NCBI GenBank assembly: GCA_947038405.1
Contig: CAMQVY010000008.1
Span: 9,247-73,246 of the forward strand
From: an uncultured Rikenellaceae bacterium
GTDB lineage: Bacteria > Bacteroidota > Bacteroidia > Bacteroidales > Rikenellaceae
DNA length: 64,000 nucleotides
Direction: 5' to 3'
Positions 40,388-49,562 of this stretch are shown here, in pieces; position 1 is the first letter of the stretch; every line of letters begins with the position of its first letter. The translations under genes and the position numbers were made by a program. The notes beneath the pieces are model-generated. The model searched no databases and was not told the origin of the DNA. It saw nothing but the letters and a program-made list of their open reading frames with translations.

Positions 40388-41932
40388 TTAAAATGGAGGA
40401 AGTCCATGCTTCTTACGTGGACGACCAACGCTTTTAGTTGTAGCAACTTTCAATGCGTGCTCAATACACTTACGAGTTTCAGCTGGAGCAATCACAGAGT
40501 CAATATAACCCTTAGATGCAGCAACGTAAGGATTTGCAAACTTATCACGATACTCTTGAATCTTGATTTTACGCATTTCAATTGGATCTTCAGCACCCAT
40601 TATCTCTTTTCTAAAGATAATGTTAGCAGCACCCTCAGCACCCATAACTGCAATTTCAGCTTGAGGCCAAGCAAAAACAAAGTCTGAACGAAGATGACGA
40701 GAACCCATTGCGATGTATCCACCACCATACGCCTTACGAAGAATTACAGTAACTTTAGCAACTGTACTCTCGCTGTAAGCATAAAGTAACTTAGCACCAT
40801 GACGAATAACTCCAGCATGCTCTTGGTCAATACCAGGAAGGTAACCTGGAAGATCCTCAAGAGTTATGATTGGAATGTTAAACGAATCACAGAAACGAAT
40901 AAATCTTGCTGCTTTATCTGATGAGTCACAATCAAGTACACCTGCAAGAACAAGTGGCTGATTTGCAACAAAACCAACAGTTTCACCGTTAATTCTACCA
41001 AATCCAACTACAATATTAGCTGCAAACAGCTCCATTACCTCAACAAATTCACTCTCATCAACAAGTGACTTTATAACATCACGTACGTCATATGGCTGCG
41101 ATGGATCTTGAGGAACAATTTTAGAGATATCATATTTTGCAAGCGGTGCAGATGGCTCAACTTTCGCTGCTTTAATTTCATTATTTGCAGGAAGTAGTTT
41201 AACCAATTGGCGAATCTGTCCGAAACACTCACTCTCGCTCTTCGCAAAGAAGTGTGCATTACCAGTAATCTCGCTATGTACACGAGCACCACCAAGCTCT
41301 TCACCTGTAATATCTTCACCAAGTACAGTTTTGATAACTTCTGGTCCTGTAATAAACATCTTAGAGATATTTTCTACTACAAAAACGAAGTCAGTCAAAG
41401 CAGGAGAGTAAACAGCTCCTCCAGCACATGGACCTAAGATTACAGATATTTGAGGAATAACACCACTAGACAATGTATTTCTAAAGAAAATTTCGCCATA
41501 ACCAGCCAATGCGTTCACACCCTCTTGGATACGAGCACCACCTGAGTCATTTATTCCAATTAAAGGAATACGCATATTCAACGCATAGTCCATAATTTTT
41601 GTGATTTTACGAGCGTGCATAAAGCCTAGAGAGCCTCCTGCAACAGTAAAGTCTTGGGCGAAAATAGCAACTGGGCCACCATGAATTGTTCCTGTACCGA
41701 TAATAACACCATCACTAGGAAGGTCCTTATCTAACATTCCAAAGTCCATGCTATCATGTTTCACAAAGATATCATACTCATGGAAAGTATCTTCATCAAG
41801 TAGTTCGATTACACGCTCACGAGCAGTAAGTTTACCCATTGCCTTCTGTTTTTCAACAGCTTTCATGCCTCCTCCACAGTAGATCTTCTCTTTCCTCTGT
41901 TCAAGGTCGAGAACTTTTTTATCTTCTGACAT
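40388..41932 (-). CDS. acyl-CoA carboxylase carboxyltransferase subunit (methylmalonyl-CoA decarboxylase alpha / propionyl-CoA carboxylase beta family)
   Basis: 514-aa ORF with GGGMKAVEKQKAMGKLTARER, GGARIQEG and the LRKAYGGGYIAM carboxyltransferase signature. Confidence 0.92.
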   Translation of the reverse strand: MSEDKKVLDLEQRKEKIYCGGGMKAVEKQKAMGKLTARERVIELLDEDTFHEYDIFVKHDSMDFGMLDKDLPSDGVIIGTGTIHGGPVAIFAQDFTVAGGSLGFMHARKITKIMDYALNMRIPLIGINDSGGARIQEGVNALAGYGEIFFRNTLSSGVIPQISVILGPCAGGAVYSPALTDFVFVVENISKMFITGPEVIKTVLGEDITGEELGGARVHSEITGNAHFFAKSESECFGQIRQLVKLLPANNEIKAAKVEPSAPLAKYDISKIVPQDPSQPYDVRDVIKSLVDESEFVEVMELFAANIVVGFGRINGETVGFVANQPLVLAGVLDCDSSDKAARFIRFCDSFNIPIITLEDLPGYLPGIDQEHAGVIRHGAKLLYAYSESTVAKVTVILRKAYGGGYIAMGSRHLRSDFVFAWPQAEIAVMGAEGAANIIFRKEIMGAEDPIEMRKIKIQEYRDKFANPYVAASKGYIDSVIAPAETRKCIEHALKVATTKSVGRPRKKHGLPPF

Positions 41933-42265
41933 AAATTTTTATTTAAATTAATAATAATTGTATATTTCACATAAAGATCGAAACATATAATACTACAAGG
42001 TTAATGAAAAAAAACTACACCTCCAAAAAATAACGGTGAATAAATTTCGTTGTCATATGTCCCCAAAATATAAGTTTTCAAATATATATTGGTATAAATA
42101 GCCTAAATATAGCCTTGAAAATAGAGAATACGCAAGCCTCTAACACCATAAACATTGAACGAATACAAGTTGCTAAAATAAAAATAGTTATTAACTTACA
42201 TCAACCTATAATCGTTACTTATATATGTTTGCAACCTTAAAGTACAATCAAATTTCATACCAATT

Positions 42266-43081
42266 TTAAAGAGTTGCTTCATGGATAAACATATCTTTAC
42301 AATCAAAGTTAGCCTCTGGCTTCTCATCAAAAATTCCATAAACAGATGACCCAGAACCCGACATAGAGGCATATATAGCCCCTTTTGCATACAAATCACT
42401 CTTTATTTGAGATAATTCTGGATATTTAGTAAATAGACTCTTTTCAAAATCATTTACAACAACACCTCTCCAACATGACATATCTGTAGTTATTATCTCT
42501 TTCAAAGATAATTCGGGAACACATGGAGTAACACCCGCATATGCCTCAGCTGTTGATACTGCAATATCAGGTTTTATTAACACAATGTACTTACCAGCCA
42601 AATTCAAATCCACAGCAGACAACACCTCTCCCCTACCTTCTGTTAATTGAGGTATATTTTCGACAAAAAATGCAGTATCACTACCTAATATAGCCGCAAG
42701 TTTTTTCATCATATCTACACTAAGGTTTAACTCAAATAGTGAATTTATTGCAATAATTACTGAAGTTGCATTCGCAGAACCTCCTCCAAGTCCTGCTCCA
42801 AAGGGGATATTTTTATGTAAGTGAATATCAACTCCACCAACGTGATACTCCGTCTGCATCAACTTCGCTGCCCTTACACATAAGTTTGCCTCAACGGGGC
42901 AATCAACAATAACTCCTGATTCAGAGTACCTAATCTCATTACAACTATTCCTAACCACTTCAACAACATCACATAGCGACTTCAAAGGGTACATAATACT
43001 CTCTATATCATGAAATCCATCACTACGTCTCTTTATTATATTGAGTCCAATATTAATTTTGCAGTTTGAATATACTATCAT
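42266..43081 (-). CDS. ispE: 4-diphosphocytidyl-2-C-methyl-D-erythritol kinase
   Basis: KINIGLNI..RRSDGFHDIES and PFGAGLGGGSANA GHMP-kinase motifs. The ATG at 43081 is preferred: the ORF-track start 43105 is TTG, and a -7 box CAAATATA (43103-43110) lies 22 nt upstream of 43081. Confidence 0.9.
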   Translation of the reverse strand: MIVYSNCKINIGLNIIKRRSDGFHDIESIMYPLKSLCDVVEVVRNSCNEIRYSESGVIVDCPVEANLCVRAAKLMQTEYHVGGVDIHLHKNIPFGAGLGGGSANATSVIIAINSLFELNLSVDMMKKLAAILGSDTAFFVENIPQLTEGRGEVLSAVDLNLAGKYIVLIKPDIAVSTAEAYAGVTPCVPELSLKEIITTDMSCWRGVVVNDFEKSLFTKYPELSQIKSDLYAKGAIYASMSGSGSSVYGIFDEKPEANFDCKDMFIHEATL

Positions 43082-43170
43082 CTTATAATCTATTTTATTA
43101 TGCAAATATAATAAATCAAACCCACACTACAACCATGGTAATAAAGTTTTATTACTTGAGTATTTTTTCG

Positions 43171-43178
43171 TATATTTG
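43171..43178 (+). promoter_or_regulatory. candidate -7 box TATATTTG for the GSCFA gene
   Basis: Matches TAnnTTTG, 38 nt upstream of the GTG at 43216 and downstream of the alternative in-frame ATG/TTG starts. Confidence 0.45.
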
Positions 43179-43215
43179 TATTGTTAAAGCTAACAACAAA
43201 TTATATTGTGCAATC

Positions 43216-44199
43216 GTGAATACAGAATTTAGAACCATAATAGAACCACCAAAGTTTAATCTAAAAATAGATCACTCTCAAAGAGTTTTATTTGTGGGTT
43301 CATGTTTCGCTGAAAACATTGCTCAATATATGTTAAAGGCGAAATTCAACACTACTTGCAATCCTTTCGGGGTACTATACAACCCAGCATCAATTGCAAA
43401 TATGTTTGAAACATTGCAACAAAAACGTACTTTTTTTGAGTCAGACTTAACTCCAGCAAAAGACAATTCACTATGGTGTAGTTTCTCTTTCCATGGCAGC
43501 TTTTCAGATCAAGACCCATACACAGCATTGACCAAAATGAATGATGCTGTGATGATTGGTGCAGACTCTCTGCTACGCTCAGATGTGGTTATTATTACAT
43601 TTGGAACTGCATGGATCTATCAACTCCTAGAGGGTGAGCAGACGGTTGCAAATTGTCATAAATTTTCTTCCTCAATATTTAATCGTAAATTATTATCGGT
43701 AGAGGAGATTGTTGAGACATACGATAAAATAGTATCTCAAACATTAAAAGACAAAGAAGTAATATTCACTGTCAGCCCAATTAGACACATAAAAGATGGA
43801 TTGTCAGAGAATACAATAAGTAAAGCAACACTACATCTTGCAATCAAGGAACTTACGCATAGACACCAAAATGCCTCATACTTCCCATCATATGAGATAA
43901 TGTTAGATGACCTTAGAGATTACAGATTCTATGCCGAAGATATGGTACACCCCTCAAAACTAGCGGTAGATTATATTTGGAATATTTTCAGCGACTCTCT
44001 ATTCTCCGACAAAACAAAAAATCTTGTAAAGGATGTAGAGAAGATTGCGGATGCAATGAACCATAGACCATTCAACCCAAACTCTACGGCACACTTAAAA
44101 TTCAAAGATAGTATATTTTCCAGAACACTTAAATTACAAGAGACATATCCTCAAATGGATATGAGTAGAGAATTAGCGTACTTTAAAACAAATGAATAG
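43216..44199 (+). CDS. GSCFA domain-containing protein
   Basis: It contains the eponymous VGSCFAENI motif about 30 aa from the proposed GTG start (VNTEFRTIIEPP...). The longer ORF-track version (43066) would overlap ispE and its promoter. Confidence 0.75.
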   Translation: MNTEFRTIIEPPKFNLKIDHSQRVLFVGSCFAENIAQYMLKAKFNTTCNPFGVLYNPASIANMFETLQQKRTFFESDLTPAKDNSLWCSFSFHGSFSDQDPYTALTKMNDAVMIGADSLLRSDVVIITFGTAWIYQLLEGEQTVANCHKFSSSIFNRKLLSVEEIVETYDKIVSQTLKDKEVIFTVSPIRHIKDGLSENTISKATLHLAIKELTHRHQNASYFPSYEIMLDDLRDYRFYAEDMVHPSKLAVDYIWNIFSDSLFSDKTKNLVKDVEKIADAMNHRPFNPNSTAHLKFKDSIFSRTLKLQETYPQMDMSRELAYFKTNE

Positions 44200-44533
44200 T
44201 AAAAAAATTAAATGTAAAAAATGCGGAAGCAAGGTCAATATTCCTTTTGCGTGGGTACTTGGTCTCGAGATTATCCTCCATTGTACTGAGTGCAAAACCA
44301 AATACTTGACTGGATATAAAATGGGAGCCTTTCTCTCGGCAATAGCACTAGTTATCACTTTAACTACTGCAAATATTTTTATATTCTTGACTTCGTCGAT
44401 TCTAATTCCACTTATAGCGATACTAATTATTCCAACGTGGATATATATCGGCTATAAATTTAGATTGTTTTGGCTACTAAAGAGAAAAACTAAGGTTTCA
44501 AAGAGAGCTGACGAACCCTCTTTAAAACCTTAG
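44192..44533 (+). CDS. hypothetical zinc-ribbon membrane protein
   Basis: 113-aa ORF with N-terminal CKKC...CTEC pairs, then two hydrophobic helices and a basic tail. The ATG overlaps the GSCFA stop by 8 nt. Confidence 0.5.
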   Translation: MNSKKIKCKKCGSKVNIPFAWVLGLEIILHCTECKTKYLTGYKMGAFLSAIALVITLTTANIFIFLTSSILIPLIAILIIPTWIYIGYKFRLFWLLKRKTKVSKRADEPSLKP

Positions 44534-44558
44534 TTATACTACGATGTGACTATTTAGT

Positions 44559-45029
44559 CTATCTTAAACGATCTAGGGAACGAACCAATGCTTCATCCTT
44601 AATAATACCTCTATAGCTTAACCAAATTAAGGCAACACCAATAAGAGGAAGTACAACCGTTGCCGAATATCTAATATCATTAACTGCAATATCAGCAATT
44701 GATGAATTAACTCGATATAGATAATAGCCAACAAAAAGTTGTAATCCAAGCATCAAAACCCAAGATACATAACATAGTCGGATCTGTAATATACGATTCT
44801 TATATAGAAATATTATTACCAGTGGAATAATAGCCACAAGTACGTTTAAGACTCCCATATATGTAGTTGATAAAATTAACTCTCTTGAAGCATTATCTGT
44901 AAATAACCCAAAACTAGTTAATTCATACCCCAACTCTCCTCCAACAAATGAGACCATTGGAAAAAATAACATTAAGCCGAAAATTAAAGATGCGGCAATT
45001 AAATATAACGTTTGTATTCTTTGTATCAT
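44559..45029 (-). CDS. DUF4293 family membrane protein
   Basis: 156-aa ORF. The MIQRIQTLYLIAASLIF N-terminus and four-TM layout are characteristic of Bacteroidetes DUF4293 proteins. Confidence 0.7.
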   Translation of the reverse strand: MIQRIQTLYLIAASLIFGLMLFFPMVSFVGGELGYELTSFGLFTDNASRELILSTTYMGVLNVLVAIIPLVIIFLYKNRILQIRLCYVSWVLMLGLQLFVGYYLYRVNSSIADIAVNDIRYSATVVLPLIGVALIWLSYRGIIKDEALVRSLDRLR

Positions 45030-45032
45030 AAC

Positions 45033-46001
45033 CTATCTCTTTTTTATCACTTTATCTACTAAATATTTATTTCTTTCTCCTGAATTGCGGTTTAATAATT
45101 CCCCTAAAAAGCCTGCTAAAAATAGTTGAACACCAAGTATCACCGATGCTATTGCAATGTAAAACAACGGCTGTTCCACGACTCCTCTATACCATATACC
45201 TTGACTTTGATTATACAGCTTCTCAACAATAAGCCATGTAGTTGTAAATCCACCTAAAATAAACATTAAAGTTCCCAGCCCACCGAAAAAATACATTGGA
45301 CTCTTTCCAAATCGAGAGACAAACAGAACTGTTATCAGGTCAAGATAACCTTTAATCATCCTCTCCCATCCAAACTTAGAGACTCCGTATTTACGAGCAT
45401 GGTGCTCAACAACCTTCTCTCCTATATTATTAAATCCAGCTTTTTTTGCAAGAATAGGGATATACCTGTGCATCTCACCATATACTTCGATACTCTTCAC
45501 CACTCTCTTCTTATACGCTTTTAATCCGCAATTGAAGTCATGTAGTTTTATCCCAGATGCTAAACGAGCCGTTCCATTAAAAAACTTACTAGGTAAAGTT
45601 TTACCAATTGGGTCATGTCTTAGTTGTTTCCAACCAGAGACCAAATCGTATCCATCCTCAACAATCATACGATACAGCTCTGGGATCTCATCGGGAGAGT
45701 CCTGCAAATCCGCATCCATAGTTATTACAACATCTCCATCAGCAGCCTCGAAACCGCTAAACAGTGCTGCACTCTTACCATAATTACGAGCAAAGCTAAT
45801 TGCTTTAACATTCTCATTAACCTCCGAAAGCTCCTCAATAATACTCCAAGAATTATCATTAGAACCATCGTTCACAAAGATAATTTCATAACTCAGACCA
45901 GCCTTATTCATAACACGCTGAATCCAATTTGTCAACTCTACAAGAGACTCCTCTTCATTAAATAGAGCTACAACAACCGAAATATTCAATCTACTCTTCA
46001 T
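45033..46001 (-). CDS. glycosyltransferase family 2, polyprenol-phosphate glycosyltransferase type (DPM1/ArnC-like)
   Basis: 322-aa ORF with a GT-A N-terminus (SVVVALFNEEES, VNDGSND, MDADLQD) plus two C-terminal TM helices. Confidence 0.85.
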   Translation of the reverse strand: MKSRLNISVVVALFNEEESLVELTNWIQRVMNKAGLSYEIIFVNDGSNDNSWSIIEELSEVNENVKAISFARNYGKSAALFSGFEAADGDVVITMDADLQDSPDEIPELYRMIVEDGYDLVSGWKQLRHDPIGKTLPSKFFNGTARLASGIKLHDFNCGLKAYKKRVVKSIEVYGEMHRYIPILAKKAGFNNIGEKVVEHHARKYGVSKFGWERMIKGYLDLITVLFVSRFGKSPMYFFGGLGTLMFILGGFTTTWLIVEKLYNQSQGIWYRGVVEQPLFYIAIASVILGVQLFLAGFLGELLNRNSGERNKYLVDKVIKKR

Positions 46002-46545
46002 TTTTTTCTATAAATATGTTAACATTTCTCCTTAAAAATGGCGAAACAAAAAGCCCTATAGCACCTCCATTAAGCATCATAGCTATGATACCTGAAAGAA
46101 TAAATACTATCGGATTTTTCATAAAGTCTATCATTCCCGCATCTACAGCTTCAGTAAATTTACTTACCATAGAACTCCCCTCAAATTGAGTTTGCAATTG
46201 AGCAATATACGCCAACATATTAGCTTCAAAATCCTCAGGAGCGATATGTACATTAATGAAATATTCCCCTAATCCACTTATGATACCCGCATAAAACATA
46301 GATACGAAAGCAAATCCAAATGCTTCACCAAATGTATTTCCTAAGTCCCCTTTTTTTACAGCTCTTTTTTTACCGAAGTAATATATCCCAATGATGAGTG
46401 CAACAGCAGAAAGCATTGAAATAGATGCACTAGCAGCTCCATCCATATTAAATATTACAGGAATAGCTGTAAAACCGAAATTGATTAGACCTAAAACTAA
46501 ACCCGCCTTTGCAGCATCAGCAGCAAAGTTGATATTTGTACCCAT
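45991..46545 (-). CDS. DUF4199 family membrane protein
   Basis: 184-aa multi-TM ORF that overlaps the downstream GT2 start by 11 nt. This pairing is usual in Bacteroidetes. Confidence 0.65.
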   Translation of the reverse strand: MGTNINFAADAAKAGLVLGLINFGFTAIPVIFNMDGAASASISMLSAVALIIGIYYFGKKRAVKKGDLGNTFGEAFGFAFVSMFYAGIISGLGEYFINVHIAPEDFEANMLAYIAQLQTQFEGSSMVSKFTEAVDAGMIDFMKNPIVFILSGIIAMMLNGGAIGLFVSPFLRRNVNIFIEKNEE

Positions 46546-46559
46546 ATTTAATTATTTAT

Positions 46560-47171
46560 TTAATTTAAAATTACAAAATCTACTGCCCCCTCACGAGTAA
46601 CCTCTGGCTCATCGCCCGTCAAATCGACCAAAGTTGTTGGTATCGAGCTACAAATACCACCGTCAATCACTACATCTACAAAGTTGCCAAACATCTCATC
46701 AATCAACTCTGGATCTGTTGTGTACTCTTGATCCTCATCTTCAATCTTCACAGAAGCACTCAACAGTGGTGAACCCAAAGCCTTTACAATCGACTGAGCT
46801 ATAACATTATCTGGCACCCTTACCCCGATTGTTTTCCTCTTCTCTAATACTTTAACAGGAATACTTCCTGAAGCCTTCAATATAAAAGTTATAGCTCCAG
46901 GTAGATATTTTTTCAATATTTTAAATGTCACATTATCCACCTTAGCAAACTCCGATATAGTGCTAATATCTGGACACACAAGAGTTAACTCTTTTTCACT
47001 TTTGCCTGTAATCTTTTTTAACTTCTCAACCCCTTTTGTGGATTTGAGAGAGCATCCCAAAGCGTAGACACTATCAGTTGGATAGATGATAACATCACCA
47101 TCTTTCAACGACTCGCACACACGACCAATCGCCTTTTCATTCGGATTATCTGAGTAAATTTTTATTATCAT
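46560..47171 (-). CDS. tsaC: L-threonylcarbamoyladenylate synthase (YrdC/TsaC family)
   Basis: 203-aa ORF with the YrdC-domain pattern (IIYPTDSVYALGC...LPGAITFIL...IGVRVPD). Confidence 0.85.
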   Translation of the reverse strand: MIIKIYSDNPNEKAIGRVCESLKDGDVIIYPTDSVYALGCSLKSTKGVEKLKKITGKSEKELTLVCPDISTISEFAKVDNVTFKILKKYLPGAITFILKASGSIPVKVLEKRKTIGVRVPDNVIAQSIVKALGSPLLSASVKIEDEDQEYTTDPELIDEMFGNFVDVVIDGGICSSIPTTLVDLTGDEPEVTREGAVDFVILN

Positions 47172-47242
47172 ATTAAAAACACTCTTTAATTTATTTGAGG
47201 GTTAAAGGTATAAATATTTTTTCAGTTTTCACAAACAAAAAT

Positions 47243-47299
47243 AAGAAAACGAAGTTTTCCAAAAAGTTTGAGCCACTTTTTGGAAAACTTCGTTTTCTT
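47243..47299 (-). terminator. terminator of the small OMP gene (24-bp perfect stem; nested-palindrome family 2)
   Basis: aagaaaacgaagttttccaaaaag (47243-47266) pairs perfectly with ctttttggaaaacttcgttttctt (47276-47299). On the - strand it is followed by a T-rich tract. Confidence 0.85.
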
Positions 47300-47332
47300 A
47301 TTTGAGTTGGTATAGACTAAATTATACTCCTC

Positions 47333-47779
47333 TTAGAATACATACTTTACACTCAAACCAAAATCAGTAAAGTGAAATTCTGCATCAGTTATAATGTCGA
47401 ATGCAGGCTTATAATCAAGAGAGAATGCGATAGGCACCTCAGGGATCTTGTACTCAAGTCCAACAACACCATCAATACCTAAACGAAAATTATCATCTGA
47501 ATGAGTTAAACTACCAATGTGAGCTCCACCACCATAATAGAAGTTAAATCCATTAGATATCACAGGTACATATTTCTCATACAACCCTGTAATCAAAAAT
47601 CCATTATCGTAAGGGATAGATAAAATTCCTTCAATTGCAGATGAAGCATTCATTTTATGCTTAACTGACAAACCTGAAGAGTATCCTGCAGCTCTCACTC
47701 CAACAGCCCAATTATAATCCTGTGCAAAACCTGTGTTTATTGCAAATGCCATTGCAACTAATAATAAAATCTTTTTCAT
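47333..47779 (-). CDS. small outer-membrane beta-barrel protein (OmpA-like/OMP_b-brl family)
   Basis: 148-aa ORF with signal peptide MKKILLLVAMAFAINTGFAQ, alternating beta-strand pattern and C-terminal ...SVKYVF aromatic end. Confidence 0.7.
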   Translation of the reverse strand: MKKILLLVAMAFAINTGFAQDYNWAVGVRAAGYSSGLSVKHKMNASSAIEGILSIPYDNGFLITGLYEKYVPVISNGFNFYYGGGAHIGSLTHSDDNFRLGIDGVVGLEYKIPEVPIAFSLDYKPAFDIITDAEFHFTDFGLSVKYVF

Positions 47780-48037
47780 CTTTTTAATCTTAAATTTATA
47801 ATTTATTTATGTTTACTTTATCAAATACATCTACTCTATGTGGAAAATGATATATAAAATTTCGACAGCTTGTCAAACGATATATTGTAATTATTTATTG
47901 TACTTTACTCTGTAAATATACTCGTATCTATGTATGGCAATTCTCTTGACCAAATTCATATGTGATCTCATTTGCATCAAAATATTCAGACTTATGAATA
48001 TTAATTTTCGTACATAACAAGTTAAAAAACTAAGCCA

Positions 48038-48694
48038 CTACAGCTCTAAAAGTGTACTTGCAGTTAACTCTCTAAAATCATCGACAATTAAATCGAATCG
48101 ACTTCGACTCTTCAACTCCTCTTGCGAATATGTAGTAGCCATTGCTATAACTTTCATTCCAGCAGCATTAGCAGCTTCAATACCTGCAAATGAGTCCTCA
48201 ATCACAAGACACTCTTTAGGCTTAGTATCTATCAATTTTGCTGCCAAAAGAAATACTTCAGGATCTGGTTTACATTTTGTAACCATATCTCCATTTGCAA
48301 TTGCATTAAAACAAGTTGCGATCCCACACTTCTCAAGAACAAAATTAACGTTAGCACTCTGTCCTGATGAACCAACAGCTCTTTTTATATTATTTTTTTC
48401 GAGGTCCTCTAAGAACTCAATCAACCCTGGTGTTGGTTTAATTGTCTGTTCAAAAATTTCACGATAGATCTCCTCTTTCTCATCAGCTAATGCCTCAATA
48501 CCCTTTTCATCAATAATATACTGAGGTAAAACAACTGGAAGTATCTCATCGTTTCCTTTCCCAAAGTGTTTCAACAATTCCGATTTAGATATTTCAAAAC
48601 CATATCTTCTACAGAAAACTACAAAAGCATCAATGTGTATATCTCGGTTATCAACCAATACACCATCCATGTCAAAAATTACAGATTTTATCAT
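48038..48694 (-). CDS. HAD-superfamily hydrolase (beta-phosphoglucomutase-like subfamily IA)
   Basis: 218-aa ORF with motif I VIFDMDGVLVDN, motif II VGSSG and motif IV EDSFAGIEAA. Confidence 0.85.
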   Translation of the reverse strand: MIKSVIFDMDGVLVDNRDIHIDAFVVFCRRYGFEISKSELLKHFGKGNDEILPVVLPQYIIDEKGIEALADEKEEIYREIFEQTIKPTPGLIEFLEDLEKNNIKRAVGSSGQSANVNFVLEKCGIATCFNAIANGDMVTKCKPDPEVFLLAAKLIDTKPKECLVIEDSFAGIEAANAAGMKVIAMATTYSQEELKSRSRFDLIVDDFRELTASTLLEL

Positions 48695-48865
48695 TTTTCA
48701 GTTTTTATATAACGTATATATGCGACAAAGATAACTTTTTACAACTAGATATTTATAGGTTGGTTAAATTTTTATTTAATTCTAACTCATCACTAACACT
48801 AAGTACGTAAAAGTAATATTATATTAAGTTTTAGTGTAAACTATCGGATTTTTTAAACTGTTGCG

Positions 48866-48873
48866 TATCTTTG
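48866..48873 (+). promoter_or_regulatory. candidate -7 box TATCTTTG for rex
   Basis: Matches TAnnTTTG, 32 nt upstream of the rex ATG. Confidence 0.5.
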
Positions 48874-48904
48874 TGTCATTATTTACTAAAATTATCTGAA
48901 CTTC

Positions 48905-49552
48905 ATGTCGAGCAACATACCCGAAAAAACAATTGAAAGACTAAGCGAATACCGCAGAACATTACTATCATGTCAAGATCAAGGAATTAAACATATGTTT
49001 TCTCATGTACTAGCAGGTATACATTGTATTACAGCCGTACAGGTGAGACGAGATCTTATGCTAATAGGGTTTTCAAGCGACACTAAAAAGGGATATGATG
49101 TAGATGTTTTAATTGAGTTTATTAACTCAATACTAGACAATGACACCATTTTAAATGTTGCTGTCATCGGAATGGGACACTTAGGTCAAGCTGTTACAAA
49201 GTACTTTAATGGCAAAGCAATAAAATTACGAATTAATGCAGCTTTCGATGTCGATAAAAAGAAGGTCGGAGAGACTCTCGATGACATACACTGCTACAAT
49301 ATGTCGGACTTTGAACAAGTAGTCGAAAAGTTAGATATTAATATAGTTATATTATCATGCCCAACTGAAATTGCATCAGAATTAATAATCCCTATTATAA
49401 ATGCAGGGATTAAAGGTGTGCTAAACTTCACTTCTAAACCCCTAAACTTTCCCAAAGGAATTGTTGTTGAAAACTACGATATAACTACACTTCTTGAGAA
49501 AGTAGCGTACTTCGTAAAGGCGAATGAAGATACAAATATGGAATCTATATAG
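48905..49552 (+). CDS. rex: redox-sensing transcriptional repressor Rex
   Basis: 215-aa ORF with an N-terminal winged helix (IPEKTIERLSEYRRTL) plus a Rossmann NADH domain (VAVIGMGHLGQA). Confidence 0.85.
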   Translation: MSSNIPEKTIERLSEYRRTLLSCQDQGIKHMFSHVLAGIHCITAVQVRRDLMLIGFSSDTKKGYDVDVLIEFINSILDNDTILNVAVIGMGHLGQAVTKYFNGKAIKLRINAAFDVDKKKVGETLDDIHCYNMSDFEQVVEKLDINIVILSCPTEIASELIIPIINAGIKGVLNFTSKPLNFPKGIVVENYDITTLLEKVAYFVKANEDTNMESI

Positions 49553-49562
49553 GGTATAACTT

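Noticed and set aside
43066-43215. Apparent 40-nt head-to-head overlap of the ispE and GSCFA ORFs.
   Set aside because: Both long versions start at TTG. Internal ATG (43081, ispE) and GTG (43216, GSCFA) starts give canonical N-termini, and each is preceded by a TAnnTTTG box (43103-43110 on the - strand, 43171-43178 on the + strand). The overlap is therefore an ORF-calling artefact.
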